From: an uncultured Bacteroidales bacterium
GTDB lineage: Bacteria > Bacteroidota > Bacteroidia > Bacteroidales > UBA932
Direction of reading: 5' to 3'
Assembly: GCA_947588835.1 (NCBI GenBank)
Contig: CANPZS010000005.1
Location: forward strand, 6,741-70,740
Length of the DNA stretch: 64,000 nt
Positions 45,107-54,825 of the stretch are shown here, piece by piece (the first letter of the stretch is position 1; every line of letters begins with the position of its first letter). A model generated the notes under the pieces. The model did not search any database, was not told the origin of the DNA, and saw only the letters and a program-made list of their open reading frames with translations. Made by a program: the position numbers and the translations under genes.

Positions 45107-45607
45107 CTACCATTGCGCAACCGAGGCATTGAAAATGTCCTCGCATAGCTTGTCTATTATTTCTTCGCAAATGGAACTTTCCACGGCGTCGAGAGACTGC
45201 ATCGAATCATAGTCCGCATAGGCGGAAAAAGATTTGTCGAAATCGTCCTCGGGATATTTGCGGTTGGTGAATTTCACCTTCATGGTCACCGTAAGCCTGT
45301 TCTGCGCGGCCACTTCGCCGGAAGTGACTGCGGTGGCCTGGACATCATAGCCGGTGACTACGCACTCCAGCTCGAGGTCCCCGTCGACGTCGACGGCCTC
45401 CAGGCTCGTCAGCTTGCGGAATTTGTCCTGCAGGGCCTCCGTAAGGTCGTTGCTGAGAGACGGATTCACCCTCAGGGCCTTGTATTCCACATAGTTGATG
45501 GTTATGGTCTTTACGTCCGGCTGAATCGAAGTTCCGGAGAACGAATATATCCCGCAGGCTGACAGCAGCGGAATCATCAGCAGGAGAATTGCGGCCGGCT
45601 TTTTCAT
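45107..45607 (-). CDS. lptE: LptE family lipoprotein
   Basis: Lipobox LSAC; YSFSGTSI; NRLTVTMKVKFTN; start moved to ATG 45607. Confidence 0.85.
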   Translation of the reverse strand: MKKPAAILLLMIPLLSACGIYSFSGTSIQPDVKTITINYVEYKALRVNPSLSNDLTEALQDKFRKLTSLEAVDVDGDLELECVVTGYDVQATAVTSGEVAAQNRLTVTMKVKFTNRKYPEDDFDKSFSAYADYDSMQSLDAVESSICEEIIDKLCEDIFNASVAQW

Positions 45608-46824
45608 GAGTTTTTCTTCTTTTTCTTGTATTCTTCGGGCAGTTTCCGGTACAGGGAGCGTTCGGACATGCCGAGTTCCTTGGCCGCCTTGTTGCGGTTG
45701 CCCTGATATTTGTCGAGCGCCCGACGGATGAGCTCCTCCTCGGCCATCTTCACGGACAACGGGCCCGACTCGGTCTCCCGGACTTCGGAATCCTGCCATT
45801 CGGCCTCCATGCCGTCCTCCCGCACGGGCGGAAGCGGCTTCGCCACGTAGGTGTATTCGCCCTTGAGACGCACCACTTCGGCTTCAAGCGCCGTCAGTTT
45901 CTTGTTGAGCTCAACGAGAGCCTTGTAGATGGCCTGTTTTTCCGAAGCGTTCATCCGGTCTCCGGAAGGGGCCCCCTCCGCGTCGGCCACGACGGGCAGC
46001 GTCTCGCCATCCTCCCGAGGCATGTACTGCGACAGAGTCAGGGCGTCTATCTCTATGCGTTCCGAGGACGGCGTCAGCTTCTGCGACTCCAGCGCGGTGA
46101 CGGCCCTCGTCACATTCTGCAGCTGGCGGATGTTGCCCGGCCACCGGTAACTGCGCAGCATCTCTATGGCGTCATGCGTCAGGGATATCTTGCACATGCC
46201 GAATTTCTCGGAGAAATCCGAAGTGAACTTCCTGAACAGCAGATATATGTCATCCTTGCGGTCCCTTAGCGAAGGCATCCTGACGCGGGCCGCGTCGAGG
46301 CGGTAGAACAGGTCCTTCCTGAATTTGCCGTGGCTGACCGCATACGAAAGATCCACGTTGGTGGCGGCCACCACGCGCACGTCGGTATGCTCCACCTTGG
46401 TAGAGCCCACCTTCATATATTCCCCCGACTGGAGCACCCTCAGCAGAAGGGCCTGGGACGGCAGGGGGAGTTCGGCCACCTCGTCGAGGAAGAGCGTACC
46501 CCCGTCAGCCTCCTCGAAATAGCCGGCGCGTGTCTCGGTGGCCCCGGTGAACGCTCCTTTCACATGTCCGAAAAGCTCCGAATTGATCGTTCCCTCCGGA
46601 ATGGCCCCGCAGTTCACCACGAAAAATTTGCCGTTGCGCCGGGGGCTGTATTGATGGATTATCCTGGATACGTTCTCCTTGCCCACTCCGCTTTCCCCGG
46701 TGATGAGCACCGTCAAGTCGGTCGGCGCGAACTTCACCGCAGTCTCGAGGGCGCGGTTCAGGGAGGCGTCGTTCCCTATGATGTCGTATTTGTTTTTTAG
46801 CTTCTGTAATTCCTGTGAATCCAT
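45604..46824 (-). CDS. Sigma-54 interaction-domain (Fis-type) transcriptional regulator, no receiver domain
   Basis: GESGVGKE, GAFTGA, LFLDEV, WPGNIRQL; C-terminal HTH. Confidence 0.92.
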   Translation of the reverse strand: MDSQELQKLKNKYDIIGNDASLNRALETAVKFAPTDLTVLITGESGVGKENVSRIIHQYSPRRNGKFFVVNCGAIPEGTINSELFGHVKGAFTGATETRAGYFEEADGGTLFLDEVAELPLPSQALLLRVLQSGEYMKVGSTKVEHTDVRVVAATNVDLSYAVSHGKFRKDLFYRLDAARVRMPSLRDRKDDIYLLFRKFTSDFSEKFGMCKISLTHDAIEMLRSYRWPGNIRQLQNVTRAVTALESQKLTPSSERIEIDALTLSQYMPREDGETLPVVADAEGAPSGDRMNASEKQAIYKALVELNKKLTALEAEVVRLKGEYTYVAKPLPPVREDGMEAEWQDSEVRETESGPLSVKMAEEELIRRALDKYQGNRNKAAKELGMSERSLYRKLPEEYKKKKKNS

Positions 46825-46847
46825 ATCCCCGCAAAGTTAAAAACTGT

Positions 46848-46880
46848 TTTGAAATAATCTTCGGATTTTTTCTATATTTG
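46848..46880 (+). promoter_or_regulatory. Promoter of the OmpA/TPR lipoprotein gene
   Basis: TTTG (46848-46851), N21, TATATTTG (46873-46880). Confidence 0.65.
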
Positions 46881-46942
46881 CAAAAGCGCACGTACCGCAC
46901 CTGCGCGTAAAATGAATTGTTTCAACAACTCAATTTCATATT

Positions 46943-48592
46943 ATGATGAAAAGTTTCAAAATCGTCGCAGCTTCCCTGATGGGGCTTGCTGCGGTCGCTT
47001 GCGGCTCCGCCGAGAAAATGGCGGAACTTGCCGACAAAGTGACAGTAAAATGCAATCCGGAAGTCCTCGAAGTCGTCGCAGGCAAAGTGGACGCGACCGT
47101 TACCGTCACCTATCCTGACGGATACTTCCTTCCCAAGGCCGTACTCGAAGTCACTCCGGTGATAGTGTATGAAGGCGGCGAAGTGGCTCTCACGCCTTTC
47201 GTATATCAGGGCGAAAAGGTAAAGGACAACTACAAGACCATTTCATCCGACGGACAGACCGTTACCGAACGCATACATTTCGACTATGTGAAAGGCATGG
47301 AGAAATCCTATCTGGAACTCCGCGGAACGGCTACGCTCAAAAACAAATCGGTGGCCCTTCCTTCGCGCAAGGTGGCCGACGGGTGCAACACCACGTACAT
47401 GCTCGTGAAGGCCGCCGGACTCGTTCCCTACAAGGCCGACAACTATCAGGAAGTCATTTCCTATTCGCAGGAAGGACAGATCCTCTACCGCATCAACAGC
47501 TCCGACGTGGCCGGCAGCCAGCTCCGCGGACAGTCCATCAAAGACTTCCAGCAGGCTCTTGACGACATACAGGCCAACGAAAGGACGACACTCACCGGCA
47601 CCGAGATAGTCGCCTACGCCTCTCCGGACGGCGCCGAGGAACTCAACGACAACCTTGCCGACAAGCGTTCCGCATCGGCCGGCAAAGCCTGGAAGACCAT
47701 CGTGAAAGGCCATGAGGCCACCGATCCGTCAGTACGCGGCGCAGGCGAAGACTGGGAAGGGTTCCAGAAGCTCGTCTCCGAATCCGACATCCAGGACAAG
47801 GAACTCATCCTCAGGGTACTTTCCATGTACAGCGATCCCGCGGTACGCGAGAATGAGATCAAAAACATGTCGCAGGTCTACACTTCGCTCCGCGAGACCG
47901 TCCTTCCGGCCCTCCGCCGCGCAAGGTTCATCGCCAACGTGGAATACGCCAACTACACCAGCGAAGAGCTTCTCAAACAGATCGAGGACAACATCGACGT
48001 TCTTGACGAAGAAGCCCTTCTCCGTGCCGCCACCCTCGTTTCCGACCTCGATCAGAAAGAGTCCATCTATAAAAAGGCCGTCGACAAATACGACAGCGAC
48101 CGCGCAAGGTTCAACCTCGGCGTAGTAGCCCTCAACAAGAACGAGGTCGGCAAAGCCGAATCGGCGTTCAAGAAAGTATCCGTCAAGGATGCCGACGTCG
48201 CCAACGCACTCGGCGTAGTAGCCCTCCGCAAAGGCGACTATTCGGAGGCCACCAAGAAGTTCACCGAAGCCGGCACCGCTGAAGCGGTCGCCAACCAGGG
48301 CGTCGTGGACATTCTCACCGGCAACTACGAAAAGGCCGTCCGCGAGCTTGCCGACGCCAAAGGCTGCTGCCACAACACGGCTTTGGCCTACATACTTACC
48401 AGCCAGCTCTCCAAAGCCTCCGAGGCCATCAAGTGCGACTGCCCCAAGTGCGCATATCTCAAGGCCATAATAGCCGCGCGCCAGGGCAACGCCCAGGGCG
48501 TCAAGAGCAACCTCGAAAGCGCGGTTTCACGCAGCGAGGAGCTGAAGGAAAGGTCAGTGAAAGACATTGAGTTCGCCGACTTCAAGCTCTAA
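46943..48592 (+). CDS. Lipoprotein with OmpA-like and TPR domains
   Basis: Lipobox AVAC; AYASPDGAEELNDNLADKRS (OmpA-like); TPR-like C-terminus. Confidence 0.8.
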   Translation: MMKSFKIVAASLMGLAAVACGSAEKMAELADKVTVKCNPEVLEVVAGKVDATVTVTYPDGYFLPKAVLEVTPVIVYEGGEVALTPFVYQGEKVKDNYKTISSDGQTVTERIHFDYVKGMEKSYLELRGTATLKNKSVALPSRKVADGCNTTYMLVKAAGLVPYKADNYQEVISYSQEGQILYRINSSDVAGSQLRGQSIKDFQQALDDIQANERTTLTGTEIVAYASPDGAEELNDNLADKRSASAGKAWKTIVKGHEATDPSVRGAGEDWEGFQKLVSESDIQDKELILRVLSMYSDPAVRENEIKNMSQVYTSLRETVLPALRRARFIANVEYANYTSEELLKQIEDNIDVLDEEALLRAATLVSDLDQKESIYKKAVDKYDSDRARFNLGVVALNKNEVGKAESAFKKVSVKDADVANALGVVALRKGDYSEATKKFTEAGTAEAVANQGVVDILTGNYEKAVRELADAKGCCHNTALAYILTSQLSKASEAIKCDCPKCAYLKAIIAARQGNAQGVKSNLESAVSRSEELKERSVKDIEFADFKL

Positions 48593-48606
48593 AAATAAAA
48601 TTCCAT

Positions 48607-48642
48607 GGCGGCCGGACGGTATTTCCATTCGGCCGCCTTTTT
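48607..48642 (+). terminator. Intrinsic terminator
   Basis: GGCGGCCGGA / TTCGGCCGCC stem followed by TTTTT. Confidence 0.8.
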
Positions 48643-48679
48643 CTTTCGGCGCAGCCGTCTAATTATTAAACCAAACATT

Positions 48680-49477
48680 ATGAAAACAATGCACATTCTG
48701 GAGCTTGCGATAGCCGCGGCAGGCCTGTTGGCCGCAATGTCCTTCACCAATGTCAAAAAAGACAAAAAGACCGTCACGCAACCTTTCGAAACAGGTGAAT
48801 TCCAAGCGATTTCCGTCTCCGGATGCCTGTCGGTGGAATACGGCCAGCAACCCGGCAAGACATCGGTGACGGTGACTGCGCCCGAGAAATTCATGAAACA
48901 TGTCGAAATAAGCGAAAAAGAGGGAACCCTCTTCATCTCCACGAAAAACATAAAGAAAGAGTACCCGCACATAAAGGTCAGCGTATGTTCTCCCGAACTC
49001 TACGAAGTGAAGCTGTCCGGAGGCTGCAATTTCAGTACGGCTTCCGTCAAATCGGCCGGGAAGTTCAACATAACCGCCAGCGGAGCCTCCGACTTCAATG
49101 CCGGAAGCGTGGAATGCGAAGATTTCTTCGTTTCCGTATCGGGTGCCGGAGACTTTGAAATAGACGGCGGACTGAAGGCAAAGAATAACGCCGCATTCGA
49201 GGTCAGCGGAGCGGGCGACATGAGCATCGGCCATACCGAATGCACGGACGCCGTGATGACCGTGTCCGGCGCGGGAGACCTGTCGCTCGAAAAAATAGAC
49301 TGCCACACCCTTTCAGCGACAGTCAACGGCAGCGGAAACGCCCTTCTTCAGGGCTCGGCCAAAAAATTGGACTACACGGTTTCGGGCGCCGGCAACATCA
49401 ACGCGGTCAACCTGAATGCGAAAGAAGTCAACGGATCGGTCTCCGGAGCCGGAAAAATCCGCCTGAAGAAACACTGA
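48680..49477 (+). CDS. Head-GIN domain (DUF2807) protein
   Basis: Repeated VSGAGD beta-helix units; start moved to ATG 48680. Confidence 0.85.
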   Translation: MKTMHILELAIAAAGLLAAMSFTNVKKDKKTVTQPFETGEFQAISVSGCLSVEYGQQPGKTSVTVTAPEKFMKHVEISEKEGTLFISTKNIKKEYPHIKVSVCSPELYEVKLSGGCNFSTASVKSAGKFNITASGASDFNAGSVECEDFFVSVSGAGDFEIDGGLKAKNNAAFEVSGAGDMSIGHTECTDAVMTVSGAGDLSLEKIDCHTLSATVNGSGNALLQGSAKKLDYTVSGAGNINAVNLNAKEVNGSVSGAGKIRLKKH

Positions 49478-49605
49478 CGTCCAGGAAGCTGCGTGCGGAC
49501 GACGATGCAGGGAGCGATGACGCCGGCCTGCAATTATTTCCCGGACCGTTACAAAATTCCACTTTTTTGCATATATTTGCACCCTGTTATCCGTCCGTAA
49601 AGGAA

Positions 49606-50577
49606 ATGAAGATTGGAAGCATAGGAGTACTCACGTCCGGAGGCGACGCTCCGGGAATGAACGCCTGCATAAGGGCGGTCACGAGGGCCGCCATTTTCGA
49701 GGGATGGAAGGTATTCGGCATCTACCGCGGTTGGGAAGGCCTGATAACGGGCAACATAAAAGAACTCACCACCGAAAGCGTCAGCAATACCATCCAGCGC
49801 GGAGGCACCATTCTCAAGACTGCGCGCAGTGACGAATTCCGTACCCCGGAGGGCAGGAGCAAAGCCTATGACAACATCGTCAGATTCGGCATCGACGCCC
49901 TCGTGGTGATAGGAGGCAACGGTTCGCTCGCAGGAGCGCAGGCCCTCGCCTCGGAACACGACGTTACGGTGATAGGGCTTCCGGGCACCATCGACAACGA
50001 CCTTTACGGCACCGACTCCACCATAGGCTACGACACGGCTCTCAATACCATCATGGAGTGCGTCGACAAAATAAGGGACACGGCCACGAGCCACGACCGT
50101 ATTTTCCTGGTGGAGGTGATGGGGCGCGACGCAGGTTTTCTGGCCCAGAACAGCGCGATTGCGGCAGGGGCCGAAGCCGCCATCATACCGGAGGACAACA
50201 CAGACATAGACCAGCTCGCTTCCTTCATCGGGAGAGGCATACGCAAGAGCAAAAACAGCAGCATCGTGCTCGTGGCCGAAAAGGACGGAGGAGCGATGCA
50301 CTACGCTGAAAGGGTGCGCAAGGAATATCCGGAATACGACGTCAGGGTGTCGATTCTCGGCCACCTGCAGAGGGGCGGGACGCCTACGGCATACGACAGG
50401 ATACTCGCCAGCCGTCTCGGCGTCGCTTCCATAAACGCGCTGAAGGAAGGGCAGCGCAACGTGATGATAGGCATAAAGAACGATCAGATAGTCTATGTTC
50501 CCATATCAAGGGCCATAAAGATAGACAAGCCCATTGACAAGGAACTCATAGACGTGTTGAATATCCTGTCGATTTAG
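49606..50577 (+). CDS. pfkA: ATP-dependent 6-phosphofructokinase
   Basis: [29 protein letters not shown]; TATATTTG box at 49572-49579. Confidence 0.96.
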   Translation: MKIGSIGVLTSGGDAPGMNACIRAVTRAAIFEGWKVFGIYRGWEGLITGNIKELTTESVSNTIQRGGTILKTARSDEFRTPEGRSKAYDNIVRFGIDALVVIGGNGSLAGAQALASEHDVTVIGLPGTIDNDLYGTDSTIGYDTALNTIMECVDKIRDTATSHDRIFLVEVMGRDAGFLAQNSAIAAGAEAAIIPEDNTDIDQLASFIGRGIRKSKNSSIVLVAEKDGGAMHYAERVRKEYPEYDVRVSILGHLQRGGTPTAYDRILASRLGVASINALKEGQRNVMIGIKNDQIVYVPISRAIKIDKPIDKELIDVLNILSI

Positions 50578-50587
50578 ACGGGGAAAA

Positions 50588-50660
50588 GGGGTATTAGCTC
50601 AGTTGGTAGAGCGCCAGGTTCGCAATCTGGAGGTCAGGGGTTCGACCCCCCTATGCTCCA
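50588..50660 (+). tRNA. tRNA-Ala(CGC), CCA not encoded
   Basis: GGGGTATTAGCTCAGTTGGTAGAGCGCCAGGTTCGCAATCTGGAGGTCAGGGGTTCGACCCCCCTATGCTCCA; G3:U70 pair; anticodon at 50621-50623. Confidence 0.95.
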
Positions 50661-50694
50661 CAGACAAAGCAGCGCATGATTTCGGAGACGGACA

Positions 50695-51828
50695 TCAAAT
50701 CCATCCGTGGCGCTGCAGTATCTCGTCCATTTTCTCGACCGTGCCCTCACGGTCCCAATCCGGCTGATTGGCAAAAATAAGATAGAAGACATCCTGCCCG
50801 GGGAAGCGGCCTTCAAAAATGAGGAATCCGCCGTTGTCTCCGGTATGGTATATCTTCTGCGGCCGGTCAGGACGATGCTCTATGAACCAGCCGTAACCGT
50901 AATCCGTATAGGGCATATCCGTCGCGATGTGTCCGGTATGCGCTTCGCGGCGCATCTCCGCGCTTACAAGTCGGTCGCCGTAAAGGGCTTTGTCCCACTC
51001 AACGAACTGCAGGGCCGAAGTATAGATGCCGCCGTCGGCCTTGGTGCCGAAAAACTTCGCCTCCCCGTAATCGTCCTCCCGCCAGGCTCCGTCCCCGTCA
51101 CGTCCGTAGCCGTGGGCCATATTCGGAATGAACCTGTCCGGTTCGAAATAGCATGTGCCCGTCATGCCCGCCGGGACGAATACATTGTCGCGCATCCAGT
51201 CGTCGAATTTCTCGCCCGTCACCTGCTCCACTATCATCAGGACCAGCTGAAACGTAGGATTCTGATATTCATACGCTGTTCCCGGCTCGAACGCCAGGGA
51301 ATCCAAAGTCTCCAGATAGCGGCAGGATTCCTCCTCCTCACAAAAAAGATCGAAATCCAGCACCGATGAAAATCCGGTAGGATGTACGGCCGTATAGGCC
51401 TTCCACTCATCTTCCGTACGCGGACGCAGATCCGGAATGCCCGAAGTGTGGGAAAGCAGATGGCGCAGCGTAATCCTTTTGAAAAAATCCGCGCGGAACT
51501 GCGGAAAATATTTGCCGACGCTGTCGTCGAGCGACAAAAGGCCGCGTTCCTCCAGAATGAAAAGGGCCATGGCCGAGAACTGCTTGGAAACGGAGCATAT
51601 GTTGAACATGGTGGTATCCGTTATCGGAGCACCCGTATCGAGCCTCGCCAATCCGAAGCCCCTGTCATACACCGTCTCCCCGTGCCTTGTCACAAGCACC
51701 TGCGCCCCCGGTCCCCCTTCAGGGAACAGCTCCCCGAAAAGCGCGTCCAGCTCGCCCTGCACCGTATTTTCAGAACATCCCGCCATTATAGCCGCCGTCA
51801 TAAGAATAAAAAATTTTGCATTTTTCAT
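50695..51828 (-). CDS. Serine hydrolase, beta-lactamase/DD-peptidase fold lipoprotein
   Basis: Lipobox MAGC; SVSK (SxxK), YQN (YxN), HTG; start moved to ATG 51828. Confidence 0.85.
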   Translation of the reverse strand: MKNAKFFILMTAAIMAGCSENTVQGELDALFGELFPEGGPGAQVLVTRHGETVYDRGFGLARLDTGAPITDTTMFNICSVSKQFSAMALFILEERGLLSLDDSVGKYFPQFRADFFKRITLRHLLSHTSGIPDLRPRTEDEWKAYTAVHPTGFSSVLDFDLFCEEEESCRYLETLDSLAFEPGTAYEYQNPTFQLVLMIVEQVTGEKFDDWMRDNVFVPAGMTGTCYFEPDRFIPNMAHGYGRDGDGAWREDDYGEAKFFGTKADGGIYTSALQFVEWDKALYGDRLVSAEMRREAHTGHIATDMPYTDYGYGWFIEHRPDRPQKIYHTGDNGGFLIFEGRFPGQDVFYLIFANQPDWDREGTVEKMDEILQRHGWI

Positions 51829-51999
51829 ATCCGTCTTTTTTCTCCGCACGCCATGCGTGGATCCGGCGACAAACTTACGCAAAATCATTAAGATTTTCAT
51901 TGCCCCGCCGAAAAAATTCATTACATTTGCATTAATCGCCAAAGCATTGAAATTAAGACGATCAATGAATTGCTGGAAAACCTTTAAACTATTATAGCC

Positions 52000-52452
52000 A
52001 TGAAAATGAAAACAAATCGGTTTTGCACAGCATTAGCTTCGCCAATATATAACATCCTGCCATTGCTGATTGCCGGATTGGTTTCCCTTCATTCATGTGA
52101 CAGCTTTGATTGGGATCCCATAGAATGGGAAACAACTCCGCCAGGATTAGAAAAGAAAGACAATATTCAAGTACCTCCTGACGGAGGTACCTATGTGCTT
52201 GCATCTCAAAACTATCCTGGTTTCATGTATATTAACATTTGGTGGGATGACGAACACCATACATCTTTGAGTATGAATAAGAACGACGTGTCCGCCTTTT
52301 TAGTTAAAGACTGGTTCTCCGTCAGACTTGATCATAACATCATAACCGTAGCCATATACGGCAACGACTCCCCTTTAAACAGAAAACTGGACATAGGAAT
52401 CTGTGCGGGAGACATCTTCGATGGTTTCACGTTCATACAAAACGGTAAATAA
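52000..52452 (+). CDS. AT-rich lipoprotein, possible BACON-like Ig domain
   Basis: Lipobox LHSC with acidic residues after the Cys; VPPDGGTY and ITVAIYGN...RKLDIGI beta pattern. Confidence 0.6.
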   Translation: MKMKTNRFCTALASPIYNILPLLIAGLVSLHSCDSFDWDPIEWETTPPGLEKKDNIQVPPDGGTYVLASQNYPGFMYINIWWDDEHHTSLSMNKNDVSAFLVKDWFSVRLDHNIITVAIYGNDSPLNRKLDIGICAGDIFDGFTFIQNGK

Positions 52453-52534
52453 AGCCTATGCCCATGTCAAAATATTGAGCTTGATTGCAAATAAGCATCT
52501 ATGAGATCGTTAAAGTTCAATCATGTCTGAATAC

Positions 52535-52575
52535 AACGGCCGTTTTCTTTTATTTTCAAGAAGATGGCCGTTTTT
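52535..52575 (+). terminator. Intrinsic terminator
   Basis: AACGGCCGTTTTCTT / AAGAAGATGGCCGTT 15-bp stem with G-U pairs, then a T run. Confidence 0.7.
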
Positions 52576-52616
52576 CGACAAGGAACCGAGGACCTCGTCG
52601 CACTCCGTGTCCGATT

Positions 52617-52649
52617 TTTGTCCGTTTTGACGAATTCTTGCTATATTTG
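52617..52649 (+). promoter_or_regulatory. pyrH operon promoter
   Basis: TTTG, N21, TATATTTG. Confidence 0.65.
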
Positions 52650-52679
52650 TAAGTCTGCGGATTATATCAGACAAAATCA

Positions 52680-53390
52680 ATGACCATGTACAAGAGAGTA
52701 TTGCTTAAACTGAGCGGAGAAAGTCTCGGAGGCCCGGCCGGAAAGGGGCTGGACGAAAGCAGCATAGAATCCATCGCGGCGGAAGTGGCCGAAGCGGCCA
52801 AAGAAGGACTGCAGATCGCTGTCGTAAACGGCGGAGGAAACATTTTTCGCGGACTGCAGGGCACGGAACGTGGTTTCGACCGTGTGGACGGAGACAAAAT
52901 GGGGATGCTCGCCACGGTCATCAATTCGATGGCTCTGTCGCTGTTCATCAAAGCCCACGGCGTCGACGCCCAGGTGTACACGGCTACGCCCATGGAGCCG
53001 ATCGCCAAGTATTATATGAGGGATGACGCGGTCAGGACTCTCGAAGCCGGAGGCGTGGCGCTGATAGCCGGAGGCACCGGCAACCCTTTCTTTACCACCG
53101 ATTCGGGAGCGGCGCTGAGGGCCCTCGAAATAGGTGCCGACGCCCTGCTGAAAGGCACCAAAGTGGACGGAGTGTATACGGCGGACCCCAAAAAAGATTC
53201 CGGGGCCGTGAAATACGAAGAACTTACATTCGGCGAAGCCATTGCAAAGCACCTCGGAGTGATGGACCAGACGGCCTTCGCCCTGTGCGGCGACGGGAAC
53301 ATGCCCGTAATCGTTTTCAACATGGAGGAAAAAGGCAATCTCACACGCCTCCTGAGAGGGGAGAACATAGGCACGACAGTGCACAAATAG
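52680..53390 (+). CDS. pyrH: UMP kinase
   Basis: RVLLKLSGE, GGGNIFRG, GNPFFTTDSGAALRA. Confidence 0.97.
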   Translation: MTMYKRVLLKLSGESLGGPAGKGLDESSIESIAAEVAEAAKEGLQIAVVNGGGNIFRGLQGTERGFDRVDGDKMGMLATVINSMALSLFIKAHGVDAQVYTATPMEPIAKYYMRDDAVRTLEAGGVALIAGGTGNPFFTTDSGAALRALEIGADALLKGTKVDGVYTADPKKDSGAVKYEELTFGEAIAKHLGVMDQTAFALCGDGNMPVIVFNMEEKGNLTRLLRGENIGTTVHK

Positions 53391-53416
53391 ACGAAAACAC
53401 CTAAAAACAACATACC

Positions 53417-53983
53417 ATGCTACCTAAAGCGAAAGAAATAGTGGATGCCGCCGATGCAAAAATGCAGGAGACAGTGGCATTTCTCGAGGAAGACCTCAGG
53501 AATTACCGCGTAGGAAAGGCCAATCCTTCCGTTTTCAACGGAGTTACGGTTGATTATTACGGATCGCCGACTCCCCTGAACCAGGTGGCTTCGGTGAGCG
53601 CCCCCGATGCGAAGACCCTCACCATACAGCCATGGGAAAGGACGATGATATCCAAGATAGAGAAAGCCATCCTGGACGCCAATCTCGGGCTGACGCCTTC
53701 CAACAACGGTGAAGTGATACGCTGCACCGTGCCCGCGCTGACCGAGGAACGCCGCAAGGAACTCATCAAAAAGGCAAGGGCCGCAGGAGAGAGCGCCAAG
53801 GTGGCCGTGCGCAACGCCCGGAGGGACGGCATTGATCTGCTTAAGAAGGCCCAGAAGAACGAGGGACTGTCGGAAGACGGCGAAAAGGAGGGCGAGGAAG
53901 AACTCCAGAAAGTCACCGACAAAAACGTCAAAGCCATCGACGCCTTGATCGACAACAAGGAAAAGGAAATAATGACCGTCTGA
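53417..53983 (+). CDS. frr: Ribosome recycling factor
   Basis: RVGKANP, LTIQPWE, NLGLTPSNNG, LTEERRKEL. Confidence 0.97.
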   Translation: MLPKAKEIVDAADAKMQETVAFLEEDLRNYRVGKANPSVFNGVTVDYYGSPTPLNQVASVSAPDAKTLTIQPWERTMISKIEKAILDANLGLTPSNNGEVIRCTVPALTEERRKELIKKARAAGESAKVAVRNARRDGIDLLKKAQKNEGLSEDGEKEGEEELQKVTDKNVKAIDALIDNKEKEIMTV

Positions 53984-53985
53984 AA

Positions 53986-54825
53986 ATGAGCGGAAAGCGT
54001 GTAGCCATCCAGGGCTATTCGGGGTGTTTTCACGAGCAGGCGGCGAGAAATTTCTATGGCGGTCTCTTTGGAGAGGTGCCGGAAATCGTTGAATGCGATA
54101 CGTTTGAAGACCTGTACAAGGCCCTCGGCAACGGCTGTGCCGACGCCGCCGTAATGGCTATAGAGAACACGGTTTCCGGAGGGCTGCTCCGCAATTTCGA
54201 ACTGCTGCGCAAACATGGACGCAAGATAAAGGGGGAGGTATATCTCCGCATCCAGCAGAATCTGCTTGCCCTGCCCGGGCAGAGGCTCGAAGACATCCGC
54301 GAGGTGCGCACGCACTATATGGCCATCAACCAGACGCGTGACTTTTTCGAAACGCGCTGCCCGTGGATAAAGGTGGCGGAGTCCGAGGACACTGCCAAAT
54401 CCGCCGCGGACATCGCAAGGGAAAAGCTTTACGGCATAGGGGCCGTAGCCTCGCTGCTGGCGGCGGAGCTGTACGGTCTCGAGGTGCTGCAAGAAAGCAT
54501 AGAGGCCCACAAGGAAAATTTCACGCGCTTCCTCGTGATGGACGACGCCTATGCCGTGCCCCAAGACAAGATAAACAAGGCCTCGCTCTGCTTTACGCTT
54601 CCGCACAAGCCGGGCTCGCTGGCCCATATCCTCACGATTCTGTCGTTCTACGACATGAATCTCACGCGAATACAGTCGCTGCCGATACCCGGGAGACAGT
54701 GGCAGTATTTCTTTTATGCTGATATAAAGTTCGATGATTATGCGCGTTACGGACAGGCGTTGTCGGCCGTCCGCCCGCTCATCGAAGATCTCGATATTTT
54801 GGGTGAATACAATTCGGCGCTATGA
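53986..54825 (+). CDS. pheA: Prephenate dehydratase
   Basis: AIENTVSG, NFTRFL; C-terminal ACT domain (NLTRIQSLP). Confidence 0.93.
   Translation: MSGKRVAIQGYSGCFHEQAARNFYGGLFGEVPEIVECDTFEDLYKALGNGCADAAVMAIENTVSGGLLRNFELLRKHGRKIKGEVYLRIQQNLLALPGQRLEDIREVRTHYMAINQTRDFFETRCPWIKVAESEDTAKSAADIAREKLYGIGAVASLLAAELYGLEVLQESIEAHKENFTRFLVMDDAYAVPQDKINKASLCFTLPHKPGSLAHILTILSFYDMNLTRIQSLPIPGRQWQYFFYADIKFDDYARYGQALSAVRPLIEDLDILGEYNSAL

Noticed and set aside
49240-49605. 122-aa extension of pfkA in the ORF track
   Set aside because: Overlaps the DUF2807 gene and the TATATTTG promoter; the PfkA motif begins at ATG 49606.
50695-51828. Antibiotic-resistance beta-lactamase call
   Set aside because: SxxK/YxN/HTG is shared by many esterases and DD-peptidases; no evidence of beta-lactamase specificity.
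53984-53985. Phe attenuator leader before pheA
   Set aside because: Only a 2-nt gap after frr; no Phe-rich leader ORF.
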